A DNA stretch of 64,000 bases, from NCBI GenBank assembly GCA_965247095.1, contig OZ251997.1, positions 1,376,001 to 1,440,000 on the forward strand, written 5' to 3'. Shown here piece by piece: positions 49,605 through 60,908 of this stretch (the first letter of the stretch is position 1; every line of letters begins with the position of its first letter). The translations under genes and the position numbers were made by a program. The stretch is from Candidatus Multivorans sp. Lineage in GTDB: Bacteria > Acidobacteriota > Thermoanaerobaculia > Multivoradales > Multivoraceae. Under the pieces are notes generated by a model. The model saw nothing but the letters and a program-made list of their open reading frames with translations. It was not told where the DNA came from and ran no database searches.

Positions 49605-52049
49605 GTGACCGCGAAGAAAGAAGCCAAGGAGGCCCGCCGCGCCCGGCTGGCTACCGCTGGCGCGGCCGCGGCCGACCATCTGGCCACCGACGAGCCCGCG
49701 TCCAAGGGGCCACGCATCAGCAGAATCTCCCGCCGGAAGGCGCTCGCTGCCTTGGCGCTGGTCCTCCTGGTCACGGTCAGTTTCTTTCCCGCCTACCTGG
49801 CCGAGTTCGTCTGGGACGACTTCGTACTCACCGAAGACCCCTTTGTGAAGAGCGTTTCGGGGCTTCCCACGATCTGGAGTTCGCCTCGCGAGATGGAGTA
49901 CGAAGGGCACTACTGGCCGGTCGTCTACACGACCTTCTGGCTGGAGCACAAACTGTGGGGTCTCAACCCCCTCGGCTACCACGTCGTCAACGTGCTCCTG
50001 CACCTGGCCAACGTCCTGCTGCTGTGGCGCCTGCTCGATCGCCTGCCCGTTCCGGGGGCCTGGATCGTGGCCGCCGTATTCGCCGTCCACCCGCTGCATG
50101 TCGAGTCGGTGGCCTGGGTCATCGAACGCAAGGACGTGCTGTCCGGCCTGTTCTACCTGGCGTCGTTCCTGGCCTACGTCCGGTTCGTCGAGAGCCGATC
50201 CCGCGGCCCCTACCTGTTCGCGCTGGTCCTGTTCGTGGCGGGCCTGCTGTCCAAGACGGTCGTGGTCACCCTGCCCGCAGCGCTGGTGATCTGGCACTGG
50301 TGGCAGCGGGGACGGATAGCCGCCAGGGACGTCCTTCGCACGCTGCCGTTCTTCGCGATCGGACTGGCCATCGCCTTCGCGGATACGGCCTTCTACCGAA
50401 CCCGCGAGGCCCTCTCCCTGGACTACTCGCTGGTCGAGCGAATCCTGATCGCGGCCCGGGCGCTCTGGTTCTACGCCGGCAAGTTGCTGTGGCCCACCGA
50501 CCTGGCCGTCATCTACCCGTTGTGGGAGATAGAAGCCCGCGACCCCCTCGCCTGGGCGCTCGTCGCTCTCGCCGTGGCGCTGCCGGCAGCGCTCTGGCTC
50601 GGCCGCGGTCGCTGGGGCCGCGGCCCGCTGGCGTGCGTCGCCTTCTACGCGGCGACCTTGTCGCCCGCACTCGGCCTGATCGACTACGGCTACATGCAGT
50701 TCGCCTTCGTTGCCGACCGCTTCCAGTATCTGGCGGGCATCGGACTGCTGACGCTGATCGTGGCTGCGCTGGTCCGGGGCGCCGATCGGCTACCCGCCGC
50801 GTACACGACTGGTGCGCAGATCGTGCTTGCGGCAGTCCTGGCGCTGCTCGGGACTCTGACCTGGACGCATGCGGCCAACTTCCGGAACGGCGTGACGCTG
50901 TTCAGTCACGTCGTGTCCCTCAATCCCGAGGCTCGTGACGCCCATTCGAACCTCGGAATGGCGTTGCTGAAGCTCGACCGTCTCAAGGAGGCGGACGGCG
51001 CCTTCGGGCGGGCACTGGAGATCAATCCGCGCAACCTCAATGCGAACCAGAACCTGGCCGAGTCGATGAGGAAGCAGGGCCGCTACGACGAGGCGGTTGA
51101 GCAGTTCCGCCGCGTCCTTCAAATCGATGGGAACTACGCCTTGGCTTGGGCCGGCCTGGGCGAGACGCAATACGCCTCCGGGCGCTACGAGCAGGCAATC
51201 GACGCTGTGAACCGGGCTCTCTCGGCCGCCCCCAATTCCCCGAAGATCGCCAAGTTCCATTTGCTGCTGGGCAAGGCGTCGCGCGAGAGGGGCCGGCTCA
51301 GAGCGGCCGAGCAGAACCTCCTGCGGGCGGCAGAGCTGGCGCGGGCGGCAGAACTGGCGCCGGACCAGACGGACGCCTTGCGAGAACTGGCGACTCTGTA
51401 CCTCCGGATGGGCCGTCTTGACGATGCAAACGCCATCGCCGCGCGAGCCCAGCAACTCGAGCCGGGCAGCCCCGCGACTCTCCACACCAGGGCGGAAGCG
51501 CTACGAAGACAGAAGCGCAACGACGAGGCCATCGCGGTCTACCGCGAGGCCCTGGAGATGGACTCCGAGTCCGTGGCGGTACACGCCGGCCTCGGCCTCG
51601 CGCTGTTCGAACTCCAGCGATACGAGGAGGCCATCGGATCGCTGAAGCGCGCCTTCACCATCGACCCCGACCTGCCCGAAGCATCCTCACTGCACCGTGT
51701 AGCGGGGCAGGCCCTGCAGGAACTCGGCCGGCTGGAGGAAGCGGCCCCGCGGTTCGAACGCGCGCGCGAACTCGATCCGCGAGACACCGTAGCGCTCGAC
51801 CATCTCGCGTTCATCCGTTTCAACGAGAGCCGCCTCGAGGAGGCCGTCGACCTTTACCGGGCGCTGCTCGAAGCCGATGACGGCAATGCGGAGGCGCACG
51901 CCAACATGGGGATCACCCTGCTCAATCTGGGACGGTACGCCGAGGCCGTTCAGACTCTGGAGCGGTCGCTCGCGCTCGACCCTAAACAGGCAACGGTTCG
52001 GAGCGCTCTGGATGAGGCCCGCCGCCGGACCCGGGCCGGAGAACCGTAG
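49605..52049 (+). CDS. TMTC-like GT-C fold membrane glycosyltransferase with C-terminal TPR array (copy 1)
   Basis: FVWDD, YWPV, YH.VN.LLH, HPLHVESVAW..ERKD.L, LLSK, ADRFQY; about 10 TPRs. Confidence 0.82.
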   Translation: MTAKKEAKEARRARLATAGAAAADHLATDEPASKGPRISRISRRKALAALALVLLVTVSFFPAYLAEFVWDDFVLTEDPFVKSVSGLPTIWSSPREMEYEGHYWPVVYTTFWLEHKLWGLNPLGYHVVNVLLHLANVLLLWRLLDRLPVPGAWIVAAVFAVHPLHVESVAWVIERKDVLSGLFYLASFLAYVRFVESRSRGPYLFALVLFVAGLLSKTVVVTLPAALVIWHWWQRGRIAARDVLRTLPFFAIGLAIAFADTAFYRTREALSLDYSLVERILIAARALWFYAGKLLWPTDLAVIYPLWEIEARDPLAWALVALAVALPAALWLGRGRWGRGPLACVAFYAATLSPALGLIDYGYMQFAFVADRFQYLAGIGLLTLIVAALVRGADRLPAAYTTGAQIVLAAVLALLGTLTWTHAANFRNGVTLFSHVVSLNPEARDAHSNLGMALLKLDRLKEADGAFGRALEINPRNLNANQNLAESMRKQGRYDEAVEQFRRVLQIDGNYALAWAGLGETQYASGRYEQAIDAVNRALSAAPNSPKIAKFHLLLGKASRERGRLRAAEQNLLRAAELARAAELAPDQTDALRELATLYLRMGRLDDANAIAARAQQLEPGSPATLHTRAEALRRQKRNDEAIAVYREALEMDSESVAVHAGLGLALFELQRYEEAIGSLKRAFTIDPDLPEASSLHRVAGQALQELGRLEEAAPRFERARELDPRDTVALDHLAFIRFNESRLEEAVDLYRALLEADDGNAEAHANMGITLLNLGRYAEAVQTLERSLALDPKQATVRSALDEARRRTRAGEP

Positions 52050-52062
52050 CGCCGCCGTGGTC

Positions 52063-52252
52063 CCCGTCCCCTCTTTCGAGGACCTGGACAATGCGCGGCC
52101 AAGTCTCGTTCACCCACCCGACAAGAAGCGCAACACATGAACCGATGGGCGGCACGGGGTCGGCGCGTCCCCTCCCCCGCGACTTGTCCATCGCGGCGAA
52201 ACCTCCGTAGGATCGGTTCCCAATGCTGAGGCACCCGGGCCAGCGCCTGACG
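52063..52252 (+). repeat. Copy 2 of the ~190-bp duplicated promoter/5' segment
   Basis: Near-identical to 48291-48480; promoter-like TTGTCC-N18-TAGGAT at 52184-52213. Confidence 0.9.
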
Positions 52253-52429
52253 ACGAACGCCGGCAGCTACGCCGTCCTGACCAACCCGGTCGGTTTCTTC
52301 TCCCGCCAGCGGTTGCCGGCACTATTGGTGGGCGTTGCCAACGGCTGCGCGGCCAACTTCGCCACCGCGAGCCGCTTCGTGTACCCGCACCGGGCCCCGA
52401 TTGGAGACGCGCCGGAAGTCAGAGAGTGA
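52223..52429 (+). pseudogene. Deleted remnant of the GT2-GtrA gene (first codons joined to the last ~45 codons)
   Basis: MLRHPG joined to TNAGSYAVLT...RQRL.ALLVGV..G.AANF..A.RFVY, matching both ends of 48450-49586. Confidence 0.85.
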
Positions 52430-54954
52430 CGGCGAAGAAGGAACGCCGGGAAGCCCGCCGCGCCCGCCTGACCGCGGCGCGGGAGGCAACCCTACAGAGC
52501 CCGGAACCGGGTGAGCCGGAGGCATCCGGGCCGCGCGACCGGCGACTTTCCGTCCGGCACGCAGTCCCCGCGCTGATCCTTGGACTGCTGGTCGCCGTCA
52601 GCTTCTTTCCCGCCTACCAGGCCGGGTTTGTCTGGGACGATGTCGTCTTCACCGAAGAGCCGGTCATCCGCAGCACGTCCGGTCTCAAGAACATCTGGCT
52701 CTCGCCCGCCGACATCCAGAACGAGGGGCACTACTGGCCGGTCACCTACACGACGTTCTGGCTGGAACACAAACTCTGGGGCCTGGCGCCACTCGGCTAC
52801 CACATCGTCAACGTTCTCCTGCACCTGGCGAACGTGCTGCTGCTGTGGCAGCTGCTCGGGCGGTTGTCCGTGCCGGGCGCATGGATCGCGGCGGCCGTGT
52901 ACGCCGTCCATCCGCTTCACGTCGAGTCCGTGGTCTGGGTCATCGAGCGCAAGGACGTGCTCTCCGGCCTGTTCTACCTGGGTTCCCTCCTGACCTACAT
53001 CCGCTTCGTCGAGACGCGGCGATGGCCCGCCTACGCCCTCGCCCTAGCCCTGTTCGTCGCGGGACTGCTCTCCAAGTCCGTCGTCGTCACCCTGCCCGCG
53101 GCGCTTCTCATCTGGCACTGGTGGAAGCGCGACCGCATCTCCAAGGCCGACGTGCTCACCATGGCGCCGTTCTTCTTCGCCGGCCTGGCGATCACCCTCG
53201 GAGACATGGCGTTCTACCGCTCGCGCGAGGTCCTCTCGCTGGACTATTCGCTGGTCGAACGCGTCCTGATCGCTGCCAGAGCGCTGTGGTTCTACGTCGG
53301 CAAGTTGATCTGGCCGACCGATCTGGCAGTAATCTACCCACTCTGGGAAATCCGGACCGGCGACCTCCTGGCCTGGACCTTCGTGACTGCCTCGGTCGCG
53401 CTGCCGGTAGGGCTCTGGCTCGGCCGTCATCGCATCGGCCGTGGACCGCTCATGGGGCTCGCCTTCTTCGCGGTGACCCTGTCGCCGGCACTGGGATTCG
53501 TGGACTACGGGTACATGCAGTTCTCGTTCGTCGCCGACCGCTACCAGTACCTGGCCGGCGCCGGCGTGATCGCGGTCGTCGTCGCCGCGGCGGTCCGCGG
53601 CGCGGCCGGACTTTCCGCTTCCTACGCGATCGCCGGCAGGGTCCTGCTTGCGGCCGTGCTCGTGATCCTCGGAACGTTGACGTGGCGGCAGGCAAGCATC
53701 TACCGCAACAGCATCGCCTTCTTCAGCCACATCGTCGCCCTCAACCCGGAGGCGCGCGACGCCCACCTGAACCTCGCCCAGGCGCTGAGCGAAGCAGACC
53801 GCTTCGAGGAGAGCCTGGAAGCAAGCCGGATCGCGGTCGCCCAGCGGCCGGACTTCCCCGGTACGCATTCCAACCAGGGCCTCGCGCTCCTGAACCTGAA
53901 CCGCTTCGAGGATGCCGAGGCCAGCTTCGCTCGAGCGCTTGAACTGGATCCTCGTCACCCTAGCGCAAGTCAGAACCGGGCCGAGGCGATGAGAAGGCAA
54001 GGACGGTACGACGAGGCCGTCGAACATTTCCGCACCGTTCTGGAGATCGACCGCGATTTCACACTGGCCTGGGCCGGACTGGGCGAAGCCCTGTTCCGCT
54101 CCAGGCTGTATGAAGAGGCGGCGCAGGCAGTGAGCGAGGCTCTCTCCATGGCCCCCGACTCGCCGAACGCCGCCGGGCTGCATCTCCTTCTCGGTAAGAC
54201 CCGGCGGGAGCTGCGTCAACTGGAGGCCGCCGAGCAGAGCCTCCTGCAAGCCGCGCGGCTCGCACCAAGAGAAGCGCAGCCGCTTCTGGAGCTGTCAAAC
54301 GTGTACGGCCTGCTGCAGCGCCCGGAGGAAGCGAACGAACACCTGGCCCGCGCTCAGGAAATGGACCAGAGGAACCCGGGGATTGTTCACGTCAGGGCGG
54401 AAGCGCTCCGAACGCAAGGCCGACACCAGGCGGCACTCGTGATCTACCGCGAAGCTCTGGAAGTCAATCCGGACTTCGCACCCTCTCTCGCCGGCCTGGG
54501 TATCGCAATGTTCGACCTGGAAAGACACGACGAGGCAATCGAGACGTTGTCGCGCGCGCTGACCCTGCAGCCCGACCTGCCGCAGGCTCCGGCGCTCTAT
54601 CGAATCCTGGGTCAGGCGCAACAGGCACTCGGGCGGACGGAAGAGGCCGCCAAGCAGTTCGAACGCTGCCTGGAACTCGATCCGCGGGACACGGTGGCGC
54701 TCGACCACCTCGCTTTCCTGCGGTTCAACGAGCAGCGCTACGACGAAGCTCTCGATCTCTACCGGGCACTGCTTGAGATCGACTCAACCAACGCCCCAGC
54801 CCACTCCAATGCCGGAATCACGCTGCTCTCCCTGAAACGATACGACGAGGCAGTCCTAAACCTGGAGCGGTCCCTCGCGCTCGACCCTGCCCAAGACACC
54901 GCTCGCCGGGCCCTGGAGGAAGCACGCGACCGGTCCGAGGACCGGCCGCGTTAG
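52426..54954 (+). CDS. TMTC-like GT-C glycosyltransferase with TPR array (copy 2)
   Basis: Colinear paralogue of 49605-52049 (MTAKKE..EARRARL, FVWDD, HPLHVESV.W, ADRYQY). Confidence 0.82.
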   Translation: MTAKKERREARRARLTAAREATLQSPEPGEPEASGPRDRRLSVRHAVPALILGLLVAVSFFPAYQAGFVWDDVVFTEEPVIRSTSGLKNIWLSPADIQNEGHYWPVTYTTFWLEHKLWGLAPLGYHIVNVLLHLANVLLLWQLLGRLSVPGAWIAAAVYAVHPLHVESVVWVIERKDVLSGLFYLGSLLTYIRFVETRRWPAYALALALFVAGLLSKSVVVTLPAALLIWHWWKRDRISKADVLTMAPFFFAGLAITLGDMAFYRSREVLSLDYSLVERVLIAARALWFYVGKLIWPTDLAVIYPLWEIRTGDLLAWTFVTASVALPVGLWLGRHRIGRGPLMGLAFFAVTLSPALGFVDYGYMQFSFVADRYQYLAGAGVIAVVVAAAVRGAAGLSASYAIAGRVLLAAVLVILGTLTWRQASIYRNSIAFFSHIVALNPEARDAHLNLAQALSEADRFEESLEASRIAVAQRPDFPGTHSNQGLALLNLNRFEDAEASFARALELDPRHPSASQNRAEAMRRQGRYDEAVEHFRTVLEIDRDFTLAWAGLGEALFRSRLYEEAAQAVSEALSMAPDSPNAAGLHLLLGKTRRELRQLEAAEQSLLQAARLAPREAQPLLELSNVYGLLQRPEEANEHLARAQEMDQRNPGIVHVRAEALRTQGRHQAALVIYREALEVNPDFAPSLAGLGIAMFDLERHDEAIETLSRALTLQPDLPQAPALYRILGQAQQALGRTEEAAKQFERCLELDPRDTVALDHLAFLRFNEQRYDEALDLYRALLEIDSTNAPAHSNAGITLLSLKRYDEAVLNLERSLALDPAQDTARRALEEARDRSEDRPR

Positions 54955-54998
54955 CCCTTCGTTCCGCGCACCGAGGATCCAGCCGCGAACTGGCCGTA

Positions 54999-55415
54999 CT
55001 AGTCGGCCCGCTTGTAGATCATCCCAAGCACCATGCCGCCGATTCCGAACGAGATGATCTCGACGCCGAGCCAGATCCAGGCCACGTGGTACGGGAAGTC
55101 ATTGATCACCAGCGTCAGGTAGAACTGCTGGAAGCCGACTACCGCACCCAGCAGTATCCCGAAGTGCAGCCCTCCCTTGGCGCCCGCCTGCCAGGACTGG
55201 CGGCTGGACGCGAAGAGCAGGCCGGCGACGACGCCGATCACCAGGGCCACGACGAGGAACCACAAGATCTGCGTGGTCATGCTGTCGGGTTCCGGCACGA
55301 AGGCCGGCTGATCCACATACGTGCCACCGAGCACCAGGCCGTGCAGCACGAAGTTGACGATGTTCTGGACGAAACCGGCCGCCAGGCCGGCAATCACTGC
55401 CTTACCCCAATTCAT
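54999..55415 (-). CDS. Hypothetical 4-TM membrane protein
   Basis: GGGGAG RBS; four hydrophobic helices. Confidence 0.7.
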   Translation of the reverse strand: MNWGKAVIAGLAAGFVQNIVNFVLHGLVLGGTYVDQPAFVPEPDSMTTQILWFLVVALVIGVVAGLLFASSRQSWQAGAKGGLHFGILLGAVVGFQQFYLTLVINDFPYHVAWIWLGVEIISFGIGGMVLGMIYKRAD

Positions 55416-55482
55416 GAGTTTTCTCCCCTGAAGAATGTGCGCCGCAGGCGCGACGCGCTGTCAGAACTCCACTGAGTCCCTA

Positions 55483-57000
55483 CTACACGAGGATCTCCTC
55501 CACCACCCGGCCGTGAACATCCGTGAGGCGGAAGTCACGACCGCTGTAGCGGTAGGTCAGGCGTTCGTGGTCGATCCCGAGCTGCTGCAGGATCGTTGCG
55601 TTCAGGTCGTGGATGTGCACGCCGCCCGAGACGATGTTGTAGCAATGATCGTCAGTCTCGCCGTACGTCTTCCCGGGCTCGATGCCCGCTCCAGCCATCC
55701 ACACCGTGTAGCAGCGGCCGTGGTGGTCCCGCCCGTAGTTGTCCTCGGAGAGCGCTCCTTGGCAATAGACCGTGCGCCCAAACTCGCCGCCCCAGACGAC
55801 CAGGGTGTCCTCGAGCAGTCCCCGCTGTTCCAGGTCCGTGACCAGAGCGGCCGAAGCCCGGTCCACGTCCGCGCACTGCAATCGGATGTCGCTCGGCAGA
55901 TCGCCGTGCTGGTCCCATCCGCGGTGGTAGAGCTGGATGAAGCGCACGTCCCGCTCGGCGAGCCGCCGCGCCAGCAGGCAGTTGGCGGCGTAGGTGCCCG
56001 GTGTGCGCGCATCCTCTCCGTAGAGGTCGAAGGTGCTTTGCGGCTCCCTCGAGGTATCGACGAGCTCGGGGACCGAGGCCTGCATCCGGTAGGCCATCTC
56101 GTACTGCGTGATGCGCGCCGTGATCTCGGGATCGCCGAACTCCTGGTGGTGCTGCTCGTTCAGCTTCGCCACGACATCCAGCATCCGGCGCCGCACGCCG
56201 CGGTCGATTCCCGGCGGATCGGACAGGTAGAGCACCGGATCCTCCGCCGCCCGGAGATTCACGCCCTGGTGCTCGGAGGGAAGAAAGCCGGAACCCCAGA
56301 GGCGCTGGAACAGGGCCTGCGACTCGCGCTTCGCACTGCCCTGGGAGATCAGCACGATGAAGGCCGGCAGGTCGTGGTTCTCCGAGCCGATGCCGTAGCT
56401 CAACCAGGCGCCGAGACTGGGGCGCCCCGGCTGCTGGTGGCCGGTCTGGAGAAAGGTGATGCCGGGATCGTGGTTGATCGCCTCCGTGTTCACCGCCTTG
56501 AGGAAGCAGAGCTTGTCGACGATCCGCGCCGTGTCGGGCATCAACTCGCTGACCCAGGCGCCGCTCTCGCCGTGCTGTGCAAACTCGAACATCGACGCCG
56601 TGATCGGGAACTCGGCCTGGTTCGCGGTCATGCCGGTGACCCGCTGGTCGCCCCGCACGGAAGCAGGCAACTCCTCGCCATGCCACTCGGCGAGCCGCGG
56701 CTTGTAGTCGAACAGGTCGATCTGCGAGGGCGCTCCCGACTGGAAGAGGTAGATCACGCGCTTCGCCCGGGCCGGGAAGTGGACGCCACCGAGCGCGCCG
56801 AGCGCCTTCGACGCCTCTGTGTGAGCAGCCCACGACGGCGCCGGGCCGAGGAGAGACGAGAGCGCCGCGACCCCGATGCCGGTACTGGCCAGACCGAAGA
56901 ACTGCCGCCGGTTCACCCCCAGCGCGTAGTGGCTCTGGGGATCGACCCCCGGCCCCGGACCGCAGGAAGGACATCCGAAACCGCTCGATCGCCTGCTCAT
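55483..57000 (-). CDS. DUF1501 family protein (Tat-type signal)
   Basis: NRRQFF; [50 protein letters not shown]. Confidence 0.92.
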   Translation of the reverse strand: MSRRSSGFGCPSCGPGPGVDPQSHYALGVNRRQFFGLASTGIGVAALSSLLGPAPSWAAHTEASKALGALGGVHFPARAKRVIYLFQSGAPSQIDLFDYKPRLAEWHGEELPASVRGDQRVTGMTANQAEFPITASMFEFAQHGESGAWVSELMPDTARIVDKLCFLKAVNTEAINHDPGITFLQTGHQQPGRPSLGAWLSYGIGSENHDLPAFIVLISQGSAKRESQALFQRLWGSGFLPSEHQGVNLRAAEDPVLYLSDPPGIDRGVRRRMLDVVAKLNEQHHQEFGDPEITARITQYEMAYRMQASVPELVDTSREPQSTFDLYGEDARTPGTYAANCLLARRLAERDVRFIQLYHRGWDQHGDLPSDIRLQCADVDRASAALVTDLEQRGLLEDTLVVWGGEFGRTVYCQGALSEDNYGRDHHGRCYTVWMAGAGIEPGKTYGETDDHCYNIVSGGVHIHDLNATILQQLGIDHERLTYRYSGRDFRLTDVHGRVVEEILV

Positions 57001-60000
57001 AGCCTGGTCACCGCCTCGTCCAGGTTCAGTACCGCGCTCGCCGCCACGCTCCAGACCGCGAGTTCCGCGGCCGGAATGCTCTCGTCCACCGGCTGCTCAC
57101 CCACCCGGAGCAGAGCGGCGGCGGCGCGCGGATCCCCTTCGTAACTCCGTCGCAGGTCGGCCAAAAGGTCGCCGATCGCCGACCGCTCCAACTCGTTCGG
57201 CAACCGCGCCAGCACCCGGAGGTAGAGCTCGTTCATCCGCTCGTCGTCGCCTTCGTTGTTCCCATTGCCCGGCCCGGCGAACAGACTCGTCGCCAGCACT
57301 CGCGCCGCCTCCACGAACTGCGGGTCGTTCATCAACACCAGGGCCTGCAGAGGCGTATTCGAGCGCGATCGCTCGACCGTGCACATCTCCCGGTTCGGCG
57401 CGTCGAAGACGAGCATGTTGGGTGGCGGCACCGTCCGCTTCCAAAACGTGTAGAGGCTGCGCCGGTAGAGCGCGTCGCCCTCGTCCTGCTTGAAGATGCC
57501 GGCGGTAAAGCGGCCGCGGCTCTCGTAGCCGATCTCCCGCCACAACCCCGGCGGCTGATACGGCTTGACGCTCGGACCGCCCAGCTTCTCCACCAGCAAA
57601 CCGGCGGCGGCCAGCGCGCCGTCGCGAATCGCCTCGGCGTCCAGCCGGAAGCGGGACGCTCGCGCCAGCAGCCGGTTCTCGGGATCCCGCTCGACCAGTT
57701 CCGGGCTCGCCTTCGAACTCTGGCGATAGGTCGAAGACATCACGATCGTCTTCTGAAGCGCCTTCAGGTCCCACTCCAACCCGACCAGTTCAGTGGCCAG
57801 CCAGTCGAGCAGCCCGGGGTGGGACGGCCACTCGCCCTGGGCGCCGAAGTCACCGGAAGTCCCCACGAGGCCACGGCCGAAGAACCTCTGCCACATCCGG
57901 TTCGCGGTCACCCGAGCCGTCAACGGATGCTCCTCGCTGACCAGCCAGCGCGCCAGACCGAGCCGGTTCTTCGGCAGCTCCTCCGGAATCGGCGGCAGGA
58001 AGGAAGGGACCGCTGGACTGACTTCGTCGGTCTGCTGGTTGTACTCGCCGCGACGCAGGACGAAGGTGGGCCGCGGCGCCTCCATCTCGCGCATGACCAT
58101 CGTGGTGGGTACTTCCGCCTCGATCTTGCGAAGCCGTTCCGCAAGCTCGGCGAAGCGCGCCTCGTTCGGCTGCCAGGGCGGCCAGTGGTTGCGGCGGAAG
58201 CGGCGCCGGATTGTCGTCGCCTGGTCTTCCGTGCGCTGATCTTCGGGCAGCCCGATCAGGTACTCGAACTCCCGGTACGCTGCCGCGAGACCGCCGTAGG
58301 GTGCGCGTAGCGCGCCCGGCCCCAGGCTCTGGAACGCGATCTCCGGGGCATCGGAGACGGTCAGCCGGAACCGGCGCAACGTCTTCTGCTGGTAGCTCGA
58401 CTCCTGGCGCAGGACGATCCGTAGCCTTGCGCCCCCGTCGTGGAGAGGATCGGCTTCCTCGGCGTCGCCGTTCAGAGTCTGACCAACTCGGAACACGGCG
58501 GTCCGGGCCGTGGGCCTCGTGACGTAGCCGGCGCCCCAACCGGTCGACTCGTCGCCGTCGATCGCCAGTTCCACCGGTAGGAACGACGTCGCGTAGTCGG
58601 CGTAGCCGTGAACGAAGTCCAGATCCCTGGACGGCCCGTCACCGGCAAGGGGCGTCGCCCGGACTTCGATCTCGGTCAGCACGAAACTCCCATCCTCGCC
58701 GCGCCCGATCCCGGCGCTCGGGTCGGTCCGATCCCGAAGCGCTTCCAGGCGCACCGCGCCGATCCGTTCGAGGTTCGTGTCGGCCTCGATCACGTACACG
58801 TCCGTGCCCGGGTTGTCGCCCGACACTTCGATCGAGCCGTCCGCCAGCAGGGTCATCTCCGCACCGGCCCGGGACTCGATCCGAACCGGTGCGAGCAGCC
58901 GCCATTTCTCGTTTAGCTTCCTGTCCCACTCGGCCTGCCAGACCGCCTGAGCGGCCACCGCGTCGTCGTTCTCGTCGTCCAGCATGGCGTCGAGCGGCGC
59001 CAGCTCGGCATCGAGTTCCTCCAGCACCGCCCGCTGCCCCGGGTCCGGCGCCGGGATCCGGGGTTCGGCATTCCCCTGGCTGCCGTCGAGACCGACCTCG
59101 GCGACCGTGTTGAAGAACGCTGCGAGCTGGTAGTACTCGCGCTGACTTACGGGATCGAACTTGTGGTCGTGGCACTTGGCGCAGCCCGCCGTCAGCCCCA
59201 TCCACACCGTCGCCGTCGTGTCGGTGCGGTCGAACACGTACTGGACCCGGTACTCCTCGGGCACGGCGCCGCCCTCGAAATTGATCATGTGGTTGCGGTG
59301 GAACCCGGTGGCCAACAGTTGCTCCGGTGTCGGATCGGGCAGCAGGTCGCCGGCCAGTTGCTCGATCGTGAACTCGTCGAACGGCTGGTTGCGGTTGAAC
59401 GCCTCGATCACCCAGTCCCGCCAGCGCCACATATAGCGCTCGTTGTCGATGTGGTAGCCGTTGGTGTCGGCGTAACGGGCGGCATCGAGCCAGGAGCGTG
59501 CCATGTGCTCGCCGTAGCGGTCGGACTCCAGCAGCCGGTCGACCAGGCGCTCGTAGGCATCCGCTCGGTCGTCGGCGAGGAAGGCATCCACCTCGGCCGG
59601 GGTCGGGGGCAACCCGGTCAGATCGAGCGACAGGCGCCGGACGAGGGTGCGCCGATCCGCCTCGGGCGACGGAACGAGGCCCTCGTGCTCCAGGCGCGCC
59701 AGGACGAAGCGGTCGAGATCGCCCCGGGGCCAACCGGCGTCCGCAACCGCAGGCGGATCCGGGCGTTCCGGCGGCCGGTAGGCCCAGTGGTCCTCGAACT
59801 CGGCGCCCTGGAGAATGAAGCGGCCCAGGATCTCGATATCCCGCTCCGACAGTTCCGAGCCGGCGTGAGCGGGCGGCATCCGGTCCAGCGGATCGGACGC
59901 CGCAATGCGCTGGAACAACTGACTCTTGTTCAGGTCCCCCGGCACCAGCGCGCGTCGTCCCGACGGCAGGACGCCGTGCGCCGACTCCCGCCTGTCGAGC

Positions 60001-60557
60001 CGCAGGCCCGCCTGGCGCACCGCCTCGTCAGGACCGTGGCACTCGTAGCAGTGGTCGGCGAGTACGGGCCGCACGTCGCGGTTGAAAGACAGCGGCTCAC
60101 CGGGCCCCGCGCAGCCGTGCTCAACAAGCGGCACCTCCCTCGCCGCAACCTGCACCGGCGCCGTCTCTTCGTCGTGCGCAAACGGCCACTCGGCACCGGC
60201 CTCGATCCAGGCCTCGAGCAGTTCCCGTTCCGCATCGTCGAGCGCCCGCGGAGGCGGCATCTCCAGTTCGTCCTCCCGCCGGATCGCCGACACCAGCAGA
60301 CTGGCCTCGGCATCGCCAGGCACGATCGCGGCGCCCCGTCCGCCGCCGATCAACATCGCCGGCCGCGAGTCGAGCCGCAGGTTCCCCCGCTGCCGCAGCG
60401 GCCCGTGGCAAGCGAAGCACCGGCTCTCCAGAACCGGCAGCACCTCCGACTCGAAGTCGGGCGCCGTTGCGGCGACCGACGGCGCGGCGGTAAGTCCGAG
60501 GCTCAGGAGGAGAATCGGACCCGCGATCCGGTTCGTCGGCAAACTGATCCTCCACAC
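56997..60557 (-). CDS. Planctomycete-type cytochrome c protein (two PSCyt1 domains + DUF1549 + DUF1553/PSD1)
   Basis: [21 protein letters not shown]; [39 protein letters not shown]; ATGA overlap with DUF1501. Confidence 0.92.
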   Translation of the reverse strand: MWRISLPTNRIAGPILLLSLGLTAAPSVAATAPDFESEVLPVLESRCFACHGPLRQRGNLRLDSRPAMLIGGGRGAAIVPGDAEASLLVSAIRREDELEMPPPRALDDAERELLEAWIEAGAEWPFAHDEETAPVQVAAREVPLVEHGCAGPGEPLSFNRDVRPVLADHCYECHGPDEAVRQAGLRLDRRESAHGVLPSGRRALVPGDLNKSQLFQRIAASDPLDRMPPAHAGSELSERDIEILGRFILQGAEFEDHWAYRPPERPDPPAVADAGWPRGDLDRFVLARLEHEGLVPSPEADRRTLVRRLSLDLTGLPPTPAEVDAFLADDRADAYERLVDRLLESDRYGEHMARSWLDAARYADTNGYHIDNERYMWRWRDWVIEAFNRNQPFDEFTIEQLAGDLLPDPTPEQLLATGFHRNHMINFEGGAVPEEYRVQYVFDRTDTTATVWMGLTAGCAKCHDHKFDPVSQREYYQLAAFFNTVAEVGLDGSQGNAEPRIPAPDPGQRAVLEELDAELAPLDAMLDDENDDAVAAQAVWQAEWDRKLNEKWRLLAPVRIESRAGAEMTLLADGSIEVSGDNPGTDVYVIEADTNLERIGAVRLEALRDRTDPSAGIGRGEDGSFVLTEIEVRATPLAGDGPSRDLDFVHGYADYATSFLPVELAIDGDESTGWGAGYVTRPTARTAVFRVGQTLNGDAEEADPLHDGGARLRIVLRQESSYQQKTLRRFRLTVSDAPEIAFQSLGPGALRAPYGGLAAAYREFEYLIGLPEDQRTEDQATTIRRRFRRNHWPPWQPNEARFAELAERLRKIEAEVPTTMVMREMEAPRPTFVLRRGEYNQQTDEVSPAVPSFLPPIPEELPKNRLGLARWLVSEEHPLTARVTANRMWQRFFGRGLVGTSGDFGAQGEWPSHPGLLDWLATELVGLEWDLKALQKTIVMSSTYRQSSKASPELVERDPENRLLARASRFRLDAEAIRDGALAAAGLLVEKLGGPSVKPYQPPGLWREIGYESRGRFTAGIFKQDEGDALYRRSLYTFWKRTVPPPNMLVFDAPNREMCTVERSRSNTPLQALVLMNDPQFVEAARVLATSLFAGPGNGNNEGDDERMNELYLRVLARLPNELERSAIGDLLADLRRSYEGDPRAAAALLRVGEQPVDESIPAAELAVWSVAASAVLNLDEAVTRL

Positions 60558-60908
60558 TGTCGTTGACCCCTGAATCGGATCGGCCGAGCCTATCCGTTCG
60601 GCGCCGCGCCCCGCGACCGCCGACCACGCAAAGCCGCCATGCTAGGTTCATACCGCGCGCGTCGCTGGGGGTTCGCGTCCGGCGTTCAGTATCGACCTGC
60701 CACGTGAGCCGGCGAGCCCGAGGCGGCAGCAGGCTCCAGCCTCTCCTACCCGCGACGCGCGCCAGTGTCGCCGTCGTGAAGCATGGCCATCTGCGGAGGG
60801 TGGTTTCAAGCACGAGCGCCAGAAGGGCTCAAGGTCGCGGAACCGAGGACGATCGGCAGTCGTGGCCCACACGGACGTGGAGGTAAGCCTCTGCCGCTCC
60901 GAGGCGGT

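Noticed and set aside
60560-60905. Possible small gene or riboswitch upstream of the PSD1 gene
   Set aside because: The short ORFs have no recognisable motifs and I could not identify a known RNA structure.
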